DNA of 64,000 nt, from contig JANJGN010000021.1 in assembly GCA_026770705.1 (NCBI GenBank), positions 14,942,001-15,006,000 of the forward strand, in the 5' to 3' direction. A program made the position numbers and the translations under genes. This document shows positions 39,425 to 52,598 of the stretch, piece by piece (within the stretch, counting starts at the first letter, position 1; every line of letters begins with the position of its first letter). The notes beneath the pieces were generated by a model. The model had not been told where the DNA came from and searched no databases. It saw only the letters and a program-made list of their open reading frames with translations. The stretch comes from Isurus oxyrinchus (Eukaryota).

Positions 39425-39828
39425 AATTTTTAGTAGAAGGTTGGCCAAGAAGCGGGGCTGGGGTGCTGGTAGGGAAAGCACTCCGGCTCCTCTTGGCCCA
39501 CAAGGAGTGTTGTAAAGGCACCTACCTATTCCATGTGACAGTTTCTGCCTCCCTTCAGCTGCCGGGTTTCTCGAGTCCTGGGAAACTGGCCTTCGAGCCT
39601 TAATTTGGTTAATCTGGAACCAAGATAAAAACTTAGGCAATCAGCCTTATTAAAATGTTTTAATGACCATTCCACCTCAAGAGAGCAAGTTTGTCACCCA
39701 GTCCCCAATCCACCTCTGTTAAAACCAGAAGTTGGCATTTTGGAGGTGGACTTAGGTTTCCCATTATGACATTTTTCACCCCTCAAACGCTTCACTCCCA
39801 TCTAATTTTGTAAGTTAAAATTGCCCCC
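39425..39828. mobile_element. Truncated Harbinger-type MITE
   Basis: Terminus GTTAAAATTGCCCCC resembles the reverse complement of the terminus at 59948-59964. Confidence 0.45.
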
Positions 39829-42138
39829 ACCACCACCACCACCCCACCCTCCAACATTTCCTGTTGAGACAAAAAGGAATGTAGAGTGACTGAACAATAG
39901 GAAGACAATGTGATTGAACTCAGTTCTCATAGCATACTAGAAAATAAAAACTGGACTGCGATTATTTTAGGTAGTTTGACTGGTTGTGGCACCCAGAGCT
40001 GTCAAATAAAGCAATGAGGGTATTTCTCACATTTGTACCTGTTTAAAGTGGCTCCATAAGTCTGGTTTCACAGCTTTCCCATTAAAACAAAAGAACACAA
40101 CCAAGTTGAGAATGGAGAGCAGCTTAATGTGCATTTCTGTCAAAGATCAACCTCAGGATTGATACGAAAAGAATCAGATACAAGCAGTTCCATTAACTAT
40201 GGGGAATTGTGTCATGCATCTCCCTTTGTTCTTCCCCCAGCCCAGAATCTCTAAACTCAAAAATATTATTTTAGAAACCAGGAAAATACTACTTTTATCA
40301 TTTAAAGTTCCAAATACTTCCAAGGGAACATACTTTTGGAAACCCCCCTCTTCCTCCTTTCCCTGAAGAATCTTGTCTTCTGGTTTTGTCTTTTCGTATC
40401 TGGAAGAGATTCAAGATTGAAAGACTGAAAATCTCTGGTACAAATAATCCTTTTAAAATCAACTCCCATATGTTTTTTTTTTGATAAGTGCTAACAGACA
40501 CTATAGGCCTTGTAGGTCACAGTCTGTAACACACTGTTTTCAGTAATTTTAATGGAATATGAAACAAACAAGTTTTAAAAATGGTCATTGTTGCTTCTAC
40601 TTAATTCCATTTAGGATTTTTATATAGGGATGACAATATTTCATTGAAACAATAAGAAATAAAATGGCCCAAGATGTGGCAGAATAATGGTATCATTAGC
40701 ATTCAGAAATCCCAGTCCAGTCTGTTAAAAGTGAGCCTGCAACTAATGAGACAGCCTCTTAACTGTGTGGTGTGATAATATTATTGCATGAATGTCACAT
40801 TTTAAGGTTCTCAAACCGGATCATTTCCCCCAGGGCAGTTTGCAATTCTACAAACTGTGATACCAGTAGACAACCTTGTCCAACCTTTTCATCTTACTAC
40901 AAAAAAATCAAAATATTAATTTTCAAAAGTCTGCTCAGCAGGCTGCATACAATGTGCTGCCTATCTTTTTTCACAGCTGTGTTTGATCCACTTCTGTGGT
41001 AAGTAAATTTGCAGAGGGGTAGGGCCCCATTCTTTTCAAAGTCTAGCTCTCCCACAGGACAGGATTACAGGCAATAGTCATGTTTACAGCCTCCCCAGTA
41101 ATGATATTTATCAGTTAAAATGGTTATAAACACTGGATTCATCAGGATTATCTTTGAAATCAATGGCACCAATTTGAATGAGTCATACTGCTGCTGATTA
41201 CCCTCAAACAGATAAATTTGATCCCTCTCTTATTGGCAGCTCCCTCCTGCCAGTACTCAGTCATGTCAACAGCAGATGTCTGCACAATATCGCCATTTTC
41301 AGCAAGTTGCATAAACCCAAATATGTTGGTGACATTGTTCTTTCTGATGGTTCATGGAAAAATCTGTTGCCTCCAACAGTTTACAAGATCAAACGATGTA
41401 GAATCAAAATGGATTATAGCCCACGAAAACAAAGTGAACCTAAGTGTTAAGTCAAGGATTACATGAGATGATAACTGTAGAATAAAGAGCAATAAAAGCT
41501 ACTGGTATCTAGCAATACTGCTGTGTTAATATATCATGTAACATATCTGTTGAATTAATTCTTGTTTGTAATCTATTTCATGAACATCTAGTCTGTGTCC
41601 ATTTTGATCTTCCTCATGAGTTAATTGTATTTCTTTCTTTCTTGTATAAATCTGTCAATTTTTCTCCTTTTTAATTGGTTATCTTGTGCTTTCCTTGTTA
41701 ACCAATGATAATCCGGAAAATCATTCTCCTCCATTTCATTTTCTAGCCTATCACACTCCGCCAAAATATATCCAATTGCAATGCAACAGAAAATAATCTG
41801 ACCGTTCACCTTGTAGAAGAAAATTTCCCCAGCAGTTTTGGCATTTTGGCCCCACCCAGTTTTAGACTGAGAGTAAAACTTTGATAATAGTGTGTTATGA
41901 ATGCTGGACATTATAAGGTGGTTATGTTTTAAACTGTCTCCTTTAATTCAAGGTAAAATGGAGTATTTGCAGAGGGGGATGTGACCTCCTACAAACTCTG
42001 CCCGGAGAGTAAACCATGTAATCTGGTTGCCATGGGGATACGGTCACATGTCAAAACTTATTAAAAGTAAGGTAAAAGTTTTAACACCTGGAAACAAAAG
42101 AGGAGGCAGTTGTTCTTGCTCACACTCACAAACTCTCA

Positions 42139-44215
42139 GGGCGGAATCATCCCAGATTTGCACAAAGTGTGATAGTGGCCGGGTATTACCCAGTGGCCGC
42201 AACGGTGGGTTTTCACATCGTATCATCCCAAACCCGCCACATTAATTATGCATTCCCGGGAAACAGGCCATTTCCATGGCGGGCAGGCTGCCACACCATT
42301 CGTCTGCCACACCATCACACCACTGCTTCATCACGCTGGGCGCCACATTTAAAGTCCAGCCGTGTGCACACCTCTCAGTGTTTCCAGCCCTTGACAGCTG
42401 CAAAGAAAACATGACCCTGAAAGGCAAAAAGACTGCAGCCCCCAGGTTCAATGACACATCCCTCCAGTGCCTTTCTGGACGTAGTGGAGGCTTACTGTGA
42501 TGTCCTCTAGCCCCCACTCTGGCCATAGGATCTGGCTTGGGAGGAGGTGGCAGTGGTGGTAAGCACCAAAACCCTTCAAAAGAGGGCAGCCACCCAGTGC
42601 TGCAAAAGGATGAAAGATCTCTTCCATTCCACCAGTGTAAGTCACCCTTCTCATCACTCTCAACTCACACACTCATAAACCCTTCACAATCCACAGGGCG
42701 CTCACTCACTGCCAGTTTGAGGGACATCACTATTCACTCTCTCACACTAACATCATTGTCCTCATCCTGTCCTTGGGACCACTCACCATCCACATAGGCC
42801 AGGCATACTTATCATCTGGTCTGGCAGGCATCCTGCTTACACTCTCTCCATCTCGATTCATGCAGGACAAGTTGGCACACAAGCGGGCGAGGTCGCAGAC
42901 CAGTGGCAGAAGGACTGAAATCGAGGTCCTCATGGACTTTGAAAACAGAGTCATCCAGCTGGCTGGTGATGATCTGGACTGTTCCTGTGCTGACGGTGAG
43001 GTTGGCGCTGCTCTACCAAGTGAGGGTCCAGCAGTGTAACATCCATCAGATAACCATGCTGTGAGTGATGTGTCCTCTTTCACAGGCCACTGCCAGGCAC
43101 TAATTATCTCTCCTTGCTTTCACAGGCACATCTGGGAAACAGCAAATGCAGTCCATGACCCAGAGCCTCCAATCAAGTCCTGAAGAAACTTTTGAAGAGG
43201 AATCTGGAGGTCCCGTCACTGCACTCACCCACACCCTCCACCAGCTCAGAGACACACATCTCGGTGCGACCTAATTTTATAGTAGCCTTGGGATCACAAT
43301 CTGGTGGCACATCACACTGTCTGATCTGTAGTGGGCAGTGGCAGAGACTTCCCAGGTGTCCGGCACTCGGAGGACTGCTGGAGGCCAGAAATTTGCTGAG
43401 TCCCAGTCAAATGATGAACATCTGAACTCGGTCATGTCACAGTTGCTGGAGCTGCAAAGGCAAGCTCGGGAACATCAGGAAGGGATGTCCGCTGCACTCC
43501 TCAGATTGCAAGGCACGATGGAGGATTCTGTCCATCTTCAGGATAAGATGATAGAACTGGCATTGCAACACACCAAGTCAACACTGGTAGGATGACAACT
43601 GCCATGGAGGCCTTGGTGCAGGATATCGCTCCTGCGCTGCTGCATGGACTCAACTTCATCGCTGACGCCATAGTTGGCCTGTAACAATGTGTACACAAGA
43701 GGGGTGCAGGGCAGCTCGATCTCACTCCAGCTACCCCTTCTCCTCAAGGAGTCAGCCAGAGACCCTGGGCTCCCATAGGGAGGAGGATCAGCAGGTGCAC
43801 GCTCCAGGGCCATCTACCGAGGTGATGATGGGAGTGACCAGCCCATCCAAATCCCCTCTTCCTATGACACCAGCGAGACCTCCAGCTCCTCCATCTCCTC
43901 CTCAGCTAGCTTCTCTCCCTGTTGCTGTGCCAGATTGTAAAGGGTGCAGCATACGGTGACAATGCATGACACCCTCTACGGACTGTATTGCAAGGCTCCA
44001 CCAGACCAGTCCAGGTACCAGAACCTCATTTTCAGTATCCCGATGGTTTGCTCCACCAAGTTGTGAGTTGTAGAATGAGCCTTGTTATATCTTTGCTCTG
44101 CTGCAGTCTGAGGCCGCTGCACGTGTCATTAGCCACGGCCTCTGTGGGTAGCCTTTGTCCCCGAGGAGCCTCCCCTGCAGCTTCTGTGGGCCCTGGAAGA
44201 CTCCAGGTATCTGTG
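42139..44215. mobile_element. Decayed PIF/Harbinger transposon: Myb/SANT gene (+) convergent with transposase C-terminus (-)
   Basis: Left TIR GGGCGGAAT; MTLKGKKTAAPRFND..., AWEEVA...TQCCKRMKDL (42410-42620); spliced exon ~42866-43019; transposase LLGDKGYPQRPWLMT and GGALQYSP...VCCTLYNL (43890-44215, -). Confidence 0.85.
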
Positions 44216-44235
44216 ACTGACTGAGAATATAGGAT

Positions 44236-44565
44236 TGAGTCAGTGAATGGCTGTCACTTATTTTGCAGACAGAAACAAAATAAGTGACAGCCATTCGCTG
44301 ACTCATTCCTCAGGGCAATGCCTTGACCAATCAGGGTTAAGCTGCCTGGTTTAAATTTCAAGCAATGCTTGGCAGTTATTATCAGTCACCATCACTTGTG
44401 CATTCTCCATGACAACGCCTCTATCAATCAGAGTCCACTTGCCAACCAATCAGCACTCTCTTCTCATACAGTATAAGTTGTTTTTCCCCTTATATTGGTA
44501 TTCTTGGGAAGTGTCCTGATGAGTGCAAGAGGAAGAGCTTCAACATGTCTCTTTTTTCAGCAACA
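44236..44565 (+). mobile_element. Short Naiad-type PLE 3' fragment with a 5' fold-back and degenerate hammerhead (44512-44545)
   Basis: Homologous to the reverse complement of 34770-35055; UGUC-CUGAUGA...GAAG-AGCU-UC. Confidence 0.82.
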
Positions 44566-44769
44566 CTTAAGTAATTTTTAGTTGATGTTGATTTTCAGTT
44601 TCCCTGTTGCAGTAACATTTTTAGAACATGAAATTTTGTTGTGTCATTCTTTGCATTGGTCACTGGGACATTCATATCTCTCCTTAAAAGTTATCAGTGT
44701 CTATGAGGATCGTAACAAGTGCTGCTGTAAATGTTAGGAACACCAAGGTGAGTGAATTCTCAACATACG

Positions 44770-46470
44770 ACCATATGAACAAGGAGCAGGAGTAGGCCAT
44801 TCAGCCCCTCGAGTCTGCTCCACCATTTAATAAGATCATGGCTGATCTGATAGTGACCTGAAATCTGCATCCCACCCACCCCCGATAACCTTTCACCCCC
44901 TTGCTTACCAAGAATCTAGCCACCCCTACCTTGAAAATATTCAAAGATTCTGCTTCCACCACATTTTCAGGAAGAGAGTTCCAAAGATTCACAATCCTCT
45001 GAGTGAAAGAATTTCGCCTCATCTCCGGTTTAAATGGGTGACCCCTTATTTTTAAACAGTGACCTCTAGTTCTAGATTCTCCCACAAGAGGGAACATCCT
45101 TTCCACATCCACCCTGTCAAGACCCCTCAGGATCTTGTATGTTTCAACCAAATTGCCTCTTACTCTTCTAAACTCCAGCGGATACAAGCCTAACCTGTCC
45201 AACCTTTCCTCATAAGACAACCCGCCCATTCCAGGTATTAGCCTGGTAAACCTGCTCTGAACTGCTTCCAGCACATTTGCATCCTTCCTTAAATAAGGAG
45301 ACCAATGCTGTACACAATACTCCAGATGTGGTCTCACTAGTGCCCTGTATAACTTGAGGCAAACCCCCCCCTACTTTTGTATTCAATTCCCCTTACTAAA
45401 ATGATAACACTCTATTAGCTTTCCTAATTACTTGCTGTATCTGCATACTAGCCTTTTGCGATCCATGCACTAAGATAACCTCATCCCTCTACATCTCAGA
45501 GCTCTGCAATCTCTCACCATTTAGATAATAAGCTTTCTCTTTTATTCTTCCTGCCAAAATGGACAATTTCACATTTACCCACATTATACTCCCATTTGCC
45601 AGGTCATTGCCCACTCACTTATGGGCAGAAATTTCCCCCTGTCGGATGGGTAGTGCAGGGGCGGGCTTAAGCCTGATTGGCGCCCCCGATTGGGGTTGCA
45701 CCACCATTTTACGTGGGTGGGGCCAATTAAGGCCCGCCCAGCGTGATGCGCACCTGGAATCACTGAGTGTTCCCTCTATGGGGGGGGGGGGGGGGGGGGG
45801 GGGTGGTGGTGGTGGTTTTGGCGGCGGTGGGGCGGGGGGGGGGGGGGGGTGGTGGAGATTCATTGAGTCGGGGCCTGCGCGCAGAAGAGCACAGAAATCA
45901 AAGAGATGCCTCAGGGAGATTAGTTTAAGTTTCAAAAATTTAAATAAAGAAAATAAAATTTTTTTTAGGACATGTCCCCCCATGTGACAGCATCACATGA
46001 GCTGGGACATGTCAATGAACATTGATGGAAAAATTCACTAAATTTATAAGCCCTTCAGGAAACCTCATCCCGCCCGTGGATGAGATTCCATGAAAAATGT
46101 GAAGGCCGCCTGGGCTCTTCACCCACCACCCCCCACCCCCGGCCAACCTTAAGGTTGGATGGGCAGCTCAGTTTATCACTTTGATTGGTTTTTAAATGGC
46201 CTTAATAGGCCTTTGACAGTTCAGCGGGAGTGCAGCCGACTCTAAAATCTAAACGATGCCCGCCCCTGCTCGCCGACCTGAAAATTCCTCCCCATATCTT
46301 TTTGCAGCCTCCTGTGTCCTCTTCACAATTTACTTTCTAACCACCATTGCATCTTCAGCAATCCATCCATTCCTTCAATCCCTTCATCCAAGTCATTTAT
46401 ATAAATTGTAAAGAGCTGAGGTCCCAGCACTGATCCCTGTGGCACACCCTTTGTTACATCTCGCCAACCC
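44770..46470 (-). mobile_element. CR1 LINE 3' fragment split by a MITE
   Basis: ORF 44801-45337 (RPHLEYCVQHWSPYLRKD...QRIVNLWNSLP); RT piece resumes at 46295-46470. Confidence 0.9.
45623..46292. mobile_element. Harbinger-type MITE, family X
   Basis: TIRs GGGCAGAAATTT / AAAATTCCTCCC; flanks TAT/CAT; homologous to 52716-53264 and 59256-59880. Confidence 0.8.
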
Positions 46471-46477
46471 GAAAAAA

Positions 46478-47060
46478 AAATCACAGAATCACCGAATTGT
46501 TACAGGGCAGAAGGAGGCCATTCGGCCCATCGTGTCTGCACTGGCTCTCCAAATAAGCATCATGACTTAGTGCCATTCTCCTGCTTTTTACCCATAACAT
46601 TGCACATTGTTTCTATTCAAATAATTATCCATTGCTCTCTTGAATGCCTCGACTGAACCTGCCTCCACCACACTTCCAGGCAGTGCTTTCCAGGCTTGAG
46701 CCACCACTGTGTGTAAATGTCTTTCTCAGGTCACATTTACTCTTTTTACAAATCACTTCAAATCTGTGTCCTCTCGTTCTTGATCTTTTTACAAGTGGGA
46801 ATAGTTTCTCCCTATCTACTCTGTCCAGCCCCTCATGATTTTGAATATCTCTATCAAATCTCCTCTTAGCCTTCTCCTCTCCGAGGAGAACAGTCCCAAC
46901 CTCTCCCAATCTATCCTCATAACTGAAGTTTCTCTTCCCCAGAGCCATTCTTGTAAACCTCTTCTACACTCCCTCCAATGTTTTCACATTCTTCCTATAG
47001 TGTGGCACCCAGAACTGTACACAATACTCCAGCTGAGGTCTAATGAGTGTCTTATATAAG
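46478..47060 (-). mobile_element. CR1 LINE 3' fragment (second subfamily)
   Basis: ORF 46625-46948 (DREKLFPLVKRSRTRGHRFEV); same subfamily as 25735-26275. Confidence 0.85.
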
Positions 47061-48037
47061 CTCTGACTGTTCTGATAATCCTCAACTCCACTTTCCTGCC
47101 TTTTCCCCATAACCCTTAATTCCATTACTGATTAAAAACCTGTCTATCTCAGCCTTGAATATATTTGACCACCCAACCAATTCCACAGATTGACTACCCT
47201 CTGAGAGAAGAAATTCCTTCTTGTCTCTGTTTTAAAAGGGCACTCCCTTACCCAGAGATTATGCTGTTTGGTGCTAGACCCTCCAATAAGGGGAAACAAC
47301 CTCTCAGAATCTAGCCTGTCAAACCCCCTAAGAATCTTATATGTTTCAATAAGGTCACCTCTCATTCTTCTAAACTCCAATGAGTACAGGCCCAACCTAC
47401 TCAACTTCTCCTCATAAGAAAATCCCCCCATACCTGGGACCAACCTAGTGAACCTTCTCTGGACTGCCTCCTATGCCTGTTTATCTTTCCTTAAATAAGG
47501 GGATGTGGTCTAACTAGTGCCTTGTATAGTTTTAGGAAAACTTCCCTATTTTTATACTCCATTCCCTTTGAAGTAAAGGCCAACATTCCACTTGCCTCCC
47601 TAATTACCTGCTGAACTTGTATGTTAACCTTTTGGGATTCATGTATGAGGACCCCCAAATCCCTCTGTGCTGTATCTTTCTGCAGTCTTTCTCCATTTAA
47701 ATAATATTCAACTCCTCTATTTTTCCTGCCAAACCTCACATTTTCCCACATTATGTTTCATCTGCCAAGTTTTTGTCCATTCACTTAAGCTGTCCATATC
47801 CCTCTGTAGACTCCTTGTGTCATCCTCATCAATTGCCTTCTCACCTATTTTTGTGTCATCCGCAAACTTGGCGATAGTACATTCACTTCCCTCATCTAAG
47901 TCACTGATATATATTATAAATAATTGAGGCCCCAGCACTGATCCCTGTGGCACCCTCACTACTTACAGGTTACCATCCTGAAAATGACCCCTTATCCCAA
48001 CTCTCTGTCTTCTATGAGTTAGCCAATCCTCTATCCA

Positions 48038-48611
48038 AAACAAAAACAGAATTACCTGGAAAAACTCAGCAGGTCTGGCAGCATCGGCGGAGAAGAAAAG
48101 AGTTGACGTTTCGAGTCCTCATGACCCTTCGACAGAACTTGAGTGAGTCCAAGAAAGGGGTGAAATATAAGCTGGTTTAAGGTGTGTGTGTGGGTGGGGG
48201 AGGGGGTGGGGGGGCGGTTTTGGTGGGGGGAAAGAGAGAGAAGTGGAGGGGGGGTGTGGTTGTAGGGACAAACAAGCAGTGATAGAAGCAGATCATCAAA
48301 AGATGTCAACAACAATAGAACAAAAGAACACAGAGGTGTTAAAGTTGGTGATATTATCTAAACGAATGTGCTAATTAAGAATGGATGGTAGGGCACTCAA
48401 GGTATAGCTCTAGTGGGGGTGGGGGGAGCATAAAAGATTTAAAAATATTTTAAAATAATGGAAATAGGTGGGAAAAGAAAAATCTATATAATTTATTGGA
48501 AAAAACAAAAGGAAGGGGGAAACAGAAAGGGGGTGGGGATGGAGGAGGGAGCTCAAGACCTAAAGATGTTGAATTCAATATTCAGTCCGGAAGGCTGTAA
48601 AGTGCCTAGTC
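48038..48611 (-). mobile_element. Solo pseudo-LTR-length Neptune-type PLE insertion
   Basis: Near-identical to 1328-1896; TSD TCTATCCA at 48030-48037 / 48610-48617, overlapping element-end microhomologies. Confidence 0.92.
48101..48139 (-). ncRNA. Minimal hammerhead ribozyme-like motif (PLE)
   Basis: Same CUGUCGA motif as 1389-1427. Confidence 0.7.
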
Positions 48612-50205
48612 TATCCATGCTAATATACTACCCCTAACACCACAGGCTCTTGTCTTACTAACTAGCCTTATGTACAGTACCTTATCGAACGCCTTTTGGA
48701 AATCCAAATATATTAGCTCCTCAAAGAATTCTAATAAATTTGTCAGGCATGATTTCCCATTCAGGAAGCCATGCTGACCCTGCTTGATTAGATTATGTAT
48801 TTCTAAATGCTCTGCTATTACATCCTTTATAATAGACTCTAACATTTTCCCAATGATAGATGTTAAGCTAACTGGTCTATAGTTACCTGTCTCCTTCCCT
48901 TTTTGAATAAGGGTGTTACATTGGTCATTCTCCAATCGTCTAGGACTTTTCCAGAATCTAAGGTTTTTTGGAAGATTACTACCAGTGCAGCCACTATCTC
49001 TGTAGCTACTTCCTGTAATATCCTCGGACACAACCCATCAGGTCCAGGGGACTTATCAGCCTTTAGCCTCATTAGTTTCCCTAGTACTTTTTCACTAGTG
49101 ATAGTTATTGTATTTATTTCTCCCCCGCTTTTGCCCCTTGATACTGTCCTCAACATGGTTGGTTTATCCCTTTCCTTGAATCCTTCTTCCTCACTGGGAT
49201 ATTATCTTTGTTGAGAGTCATGAACTATTTTCTTAAATGTCTGGCATTGTTCACCAACCATCTTTTCTGCTTAACAGCTTTCCCAGCCCACTCCAGCCAA
49301 CTCTGCCCTTGTTCCTTTGTGATTACCCTTATTTAAGTTTAGCACAGTTGTTTCTGACCCAAGTTTCTCACTCTCAAACTGAATGCTAAATTCTACCATA
49401 TTATGGTCATGGTTTCCTATGGGATCCTTTACTGTGAGATCATTTATTAAACCTGCCTCATTACACATTACCAGATCCAAAATACCCTGATCCCTGGTTG
49501 GATCCACAACATATTGTTCTAGGAAACTGTCTCGAATACACTCTATGAATTCTTGCTCGTGACCACCTCTGCCAATTTGATTTTCCCAATCTATATGAAG
49601 ATTAAAGACACCCACGATTAATGTACCCCCTTTTTTACATGCCTTCATTTTCTCCTGATTTATTCGCTGTACTATAGTATAGCTACTGTCAGGGGGTCTA
49701 TAGGCCACTCCCACCAGTGTCTTTCTCCTCTTGTTATTTCTTACCTCCATCAATATGGATTCCACATCTTCTGACCCAAGGTCCTTTCTTGCTGCTGTAC
49801 TTATTCCATCTTGTATTAACAAAGCTACCCCACCACCCTTTCTTTCCTGCCTGTCCTTTCAAAAAGTCACATACTCTGGAATATTTATTTCCAGCTTTGA
49901 TCTCCTTGTAACCATATCTCCATAATGGCCATAAGATCAAACCCATTAACCTCGATTTGTGCCGTTAATTCATTTATTTTGTTCCGAATTCCACATGCAT
50001 ATAAGTAAGGAGCCATTAATTTTGCCTTTTTACCATTTTTCCCCCCTTCAACCTATTTGCTGCTTTTTTTTAAATGTTTGTACACTCTGTCCCTTCCTGT
50101 CACACTCTGGGAATCATTACCCAAATAGCTGCCCTGCAAGGTTCCCATGTCCTTTTGCTTTGTAAGGCTATGTATCCCTTTTCCAGAACCCTCTCTCCCT
50201 TCTAT

Positions 50206-50976
50206 TTAGTTTATAGCCCTCTCTACAGCCCTAATTATTTGATTCACCAGGACACTGGTCCTAGCACGGTTCAAGTGAAAAACATCCCATCGGAGCAGAC
50301 CCCTTCTACCCCAGTACTGGTGCCAGTGCCCCATGAACTGAAACCCATTCTTCCCACACCAATCTCTGAGCCATGCATTTAACTCCTTGACTTTATTTAC
50401 CCTTTGCCAGTTTCCCCATGGTTCAGTTAGTAATCCCGAGATTATTATCTTGGAGGTTCTATTTATTAATTTAACTTTTAACTGTTCCAGTTCTTTCAGC
50501 GGAACCTCCTTTCTAGTCCTATCAATGTTGTTGGTAACAACGTGGATGATGACAACTGGATCCCTCCCCTCCCGCTTCAAGTTCCTCTCTAGCCCAGAGG
50601 AGATGTCCTTAACCCTGGCACCGGACAGGCAACACAGCCTTCGGGACTCATGCTCACAAATGCAGAGAACAGTATCTATCCCCCTAATTATACTGTCCCC
50701 TACCACTACTATGTTCCCATTTCCTCCCCCCACTTGAATGGCTCCCTGTACCATGGTGCTGTGCTCAATTCGCTCATCCTCCCTGCAGTCTCCACTCTTG
50801 TCCACAGAGCTTGCAAGAACCTCGAAACTTTTGGACAATTGCAGGGGCTGAGGCCCCTTGAATGCTACCCCCTGGGTTCCCAAACCTGCTTCACCTGCAG
50901 TCACATCCTCCTGTCCCTGATCACAGACTAAATCTGAATGATTTAATCTGAGGGGTGTGACTGCCTCCTGGGGCAA
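50206..50976 (-). pseudogene. CR1 ORF1p with SGNH esterase domain
   Basis: VVVGDSIIR (block I), GARVKD, IHVVTNN, DVFHLN (DxxH). Confidence 0.85.
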
Positions 50977-51848
50977 AGTGTCCAGGTAACTTTCCCCTCC
51001 CTGATGTGGCGCAATGTCTGCAGCTCTGATTCCAGCTCCTTATCTCAGATCCAAAGTTCCTTGAGCTGCAAAGCACTTAGTACAGATGTGTTCGCTCTGG
51101 ATTACCTTGTTGTCCAGCAGCTCCCACATGTTGCATCAGCCTGCCATCACTATCGTATTTTACTCAACTGATTAATAATTACCCTAGTATCCCCACTCGT
51201 TACACTTCATTATATTTCTTTTTCTACACACCAGTATCGATCTTACACTTAACAAGCTACCTTTAAGAAAAAGAGATCTAAACACAAACAAAAGACCTTA
51301 CTTTATTTTAAAGGCTAGAATTACTCACCAATCCTTCTCACCAATCAGCTGCTCTCCACACTCCTTTCCTGCTCATGCTCTTTAATGGTCTCACACTCTT
51401 CTCTCCCTCTCTCACTATTAAAGGCCCCACTCATCTCACACTCTCTCACTGTAAATGGCCCCACTGTTTCTCTCACACTGTCTCGCTGTAAATGGCCCCA
51501 CTGTTTCTCCCACACTGTCTCGCTGTAAATGGCCCCGCTGTTTCTAACTGTCCTCCACTTATACTCCTCAGCCATATCTGCCTCCAGCACTGGGATTATA
51601 CACTCAACTCCTGAGCTTAACCTTTCTACTGTATTTTCTTTTTATAACCCAAAGCTCAGTCTCACCACCCACACACTGCAAAGCTCAAAATGCATTCAGC
51701 CCTACTCCAAATCCTGGTACTGGTCTCCACCCAGACCTGACCTCACTGCACTTGGATATATGCTGCTGAGTTTTCTCCTTGGCCTAGGTGCAACTGCAAG
51801 AGATCTATTAAAAGCGGTTCCATAAACGATGCTGTGAATAGTGCTTTG

Positions 51849-52598
51849 GGGCTGGACTTTATGCCCCACCCGCAAGGAAGGGTTCAACCCCAGGCCGGAG
51901 AGGGGTTTGGAGGTGGCTGGGGGTGAGGGAAGGGTGGGGGAAGTGTAAAATTGGGCACTAAGCCATGGGTGCTTTTCTTGTTGTCTAACCTCCCTCTCCT
52001 GCCTCCACCACAATTTTACCACTGCTGGGTGATGCATGGGTCCATGGGTCTTGAGGCCCTTAAGTGGCCCACACCAGATGTGCAGCCTGGCAAGTTTCAC
52101 TGCTTGGGCTGGTGGCTGGTGAAAGGGTGTACCTCCTTTATGGCTTCATGTGCCATCAGAGACCACCCCCCAAAATGTTACCAACATCATGTTCCCTTCC
52201 CCCCACCTTGCCCTGTCCATCCCGGCCCCAGATCCACCTCCTCCCCGCTGACTGGGGTCTGCAAGCTGGATTTGGTGAAACCCCAGACTCACCTTAAAGC
52301 CCAGGCACCATCACAGTTTGCCTTCTTTGGGACTGGATTCAGTCACAGCAGTGGCCACTGCTCTCAGTGTTGCTGCTGGGACCCGAGAGCCGTCGGCCAT
52401 TTGATGATTGACAACTATTGGACGCAGGTCCCAGGTAGGGGGGTAAGTCTTGCCTCGCACGAATTTATGGTACGACGGCCATTAACTGGCTGCGGGGCTG
52501 ACTGGTCAAGCAGAAGTGAGCTTGTCATTGACTTCTACAGTGGGGGTAGAAGGGAGGGACGTACAGGGACCACAGACCCCTCCTGTAAAATTCAGCCC
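51849..52598. mobile_element. Harbinger-type MITE
   Basis: TIRs GGGCTGGACTTTA / TAAAATTCAGCCC; 3-bp TSD TTG/TTG. Confidence 0.8.

Larger units (their letters stand above)
36153..41439 (-). pseudogene. Cluster of exon-like segments of an unidentified locus (pseudogene or lncRNA)
   Basis: AG...GT-bounded segments at 36153-~36400, 36571-36807, 36956-37096, 40334-40399 and 41202-41439; best frames are open or carry 1-2 stops. Confidence 0.3.
47065..51590 (-). mobile_element. Long CR1 LINE (ORF1 + internally deleted ORF2), interrupted by a PLE
   Basis: APE-like 49271-49822 (VGVAYRPP, ILDLV, HDHNMVEF); RT pieces ([32 protein letters not shown]); ~37-bp tandem repeats near the 5' end at ~51410-51550. 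Confidence 0.92.

Noticed and set aside
36153-41439. In-frame TGAs read as selenocysteine
   Set aside because: No SECIS recognised, no redox motif context; CGA>TGA decay or chance is simpler
51410-51550. CRISPR-like repeats
   Set aside because: Head-to-tail tandem repeats without unique spacers, at a CR1 5' end in eukaryotic DNA
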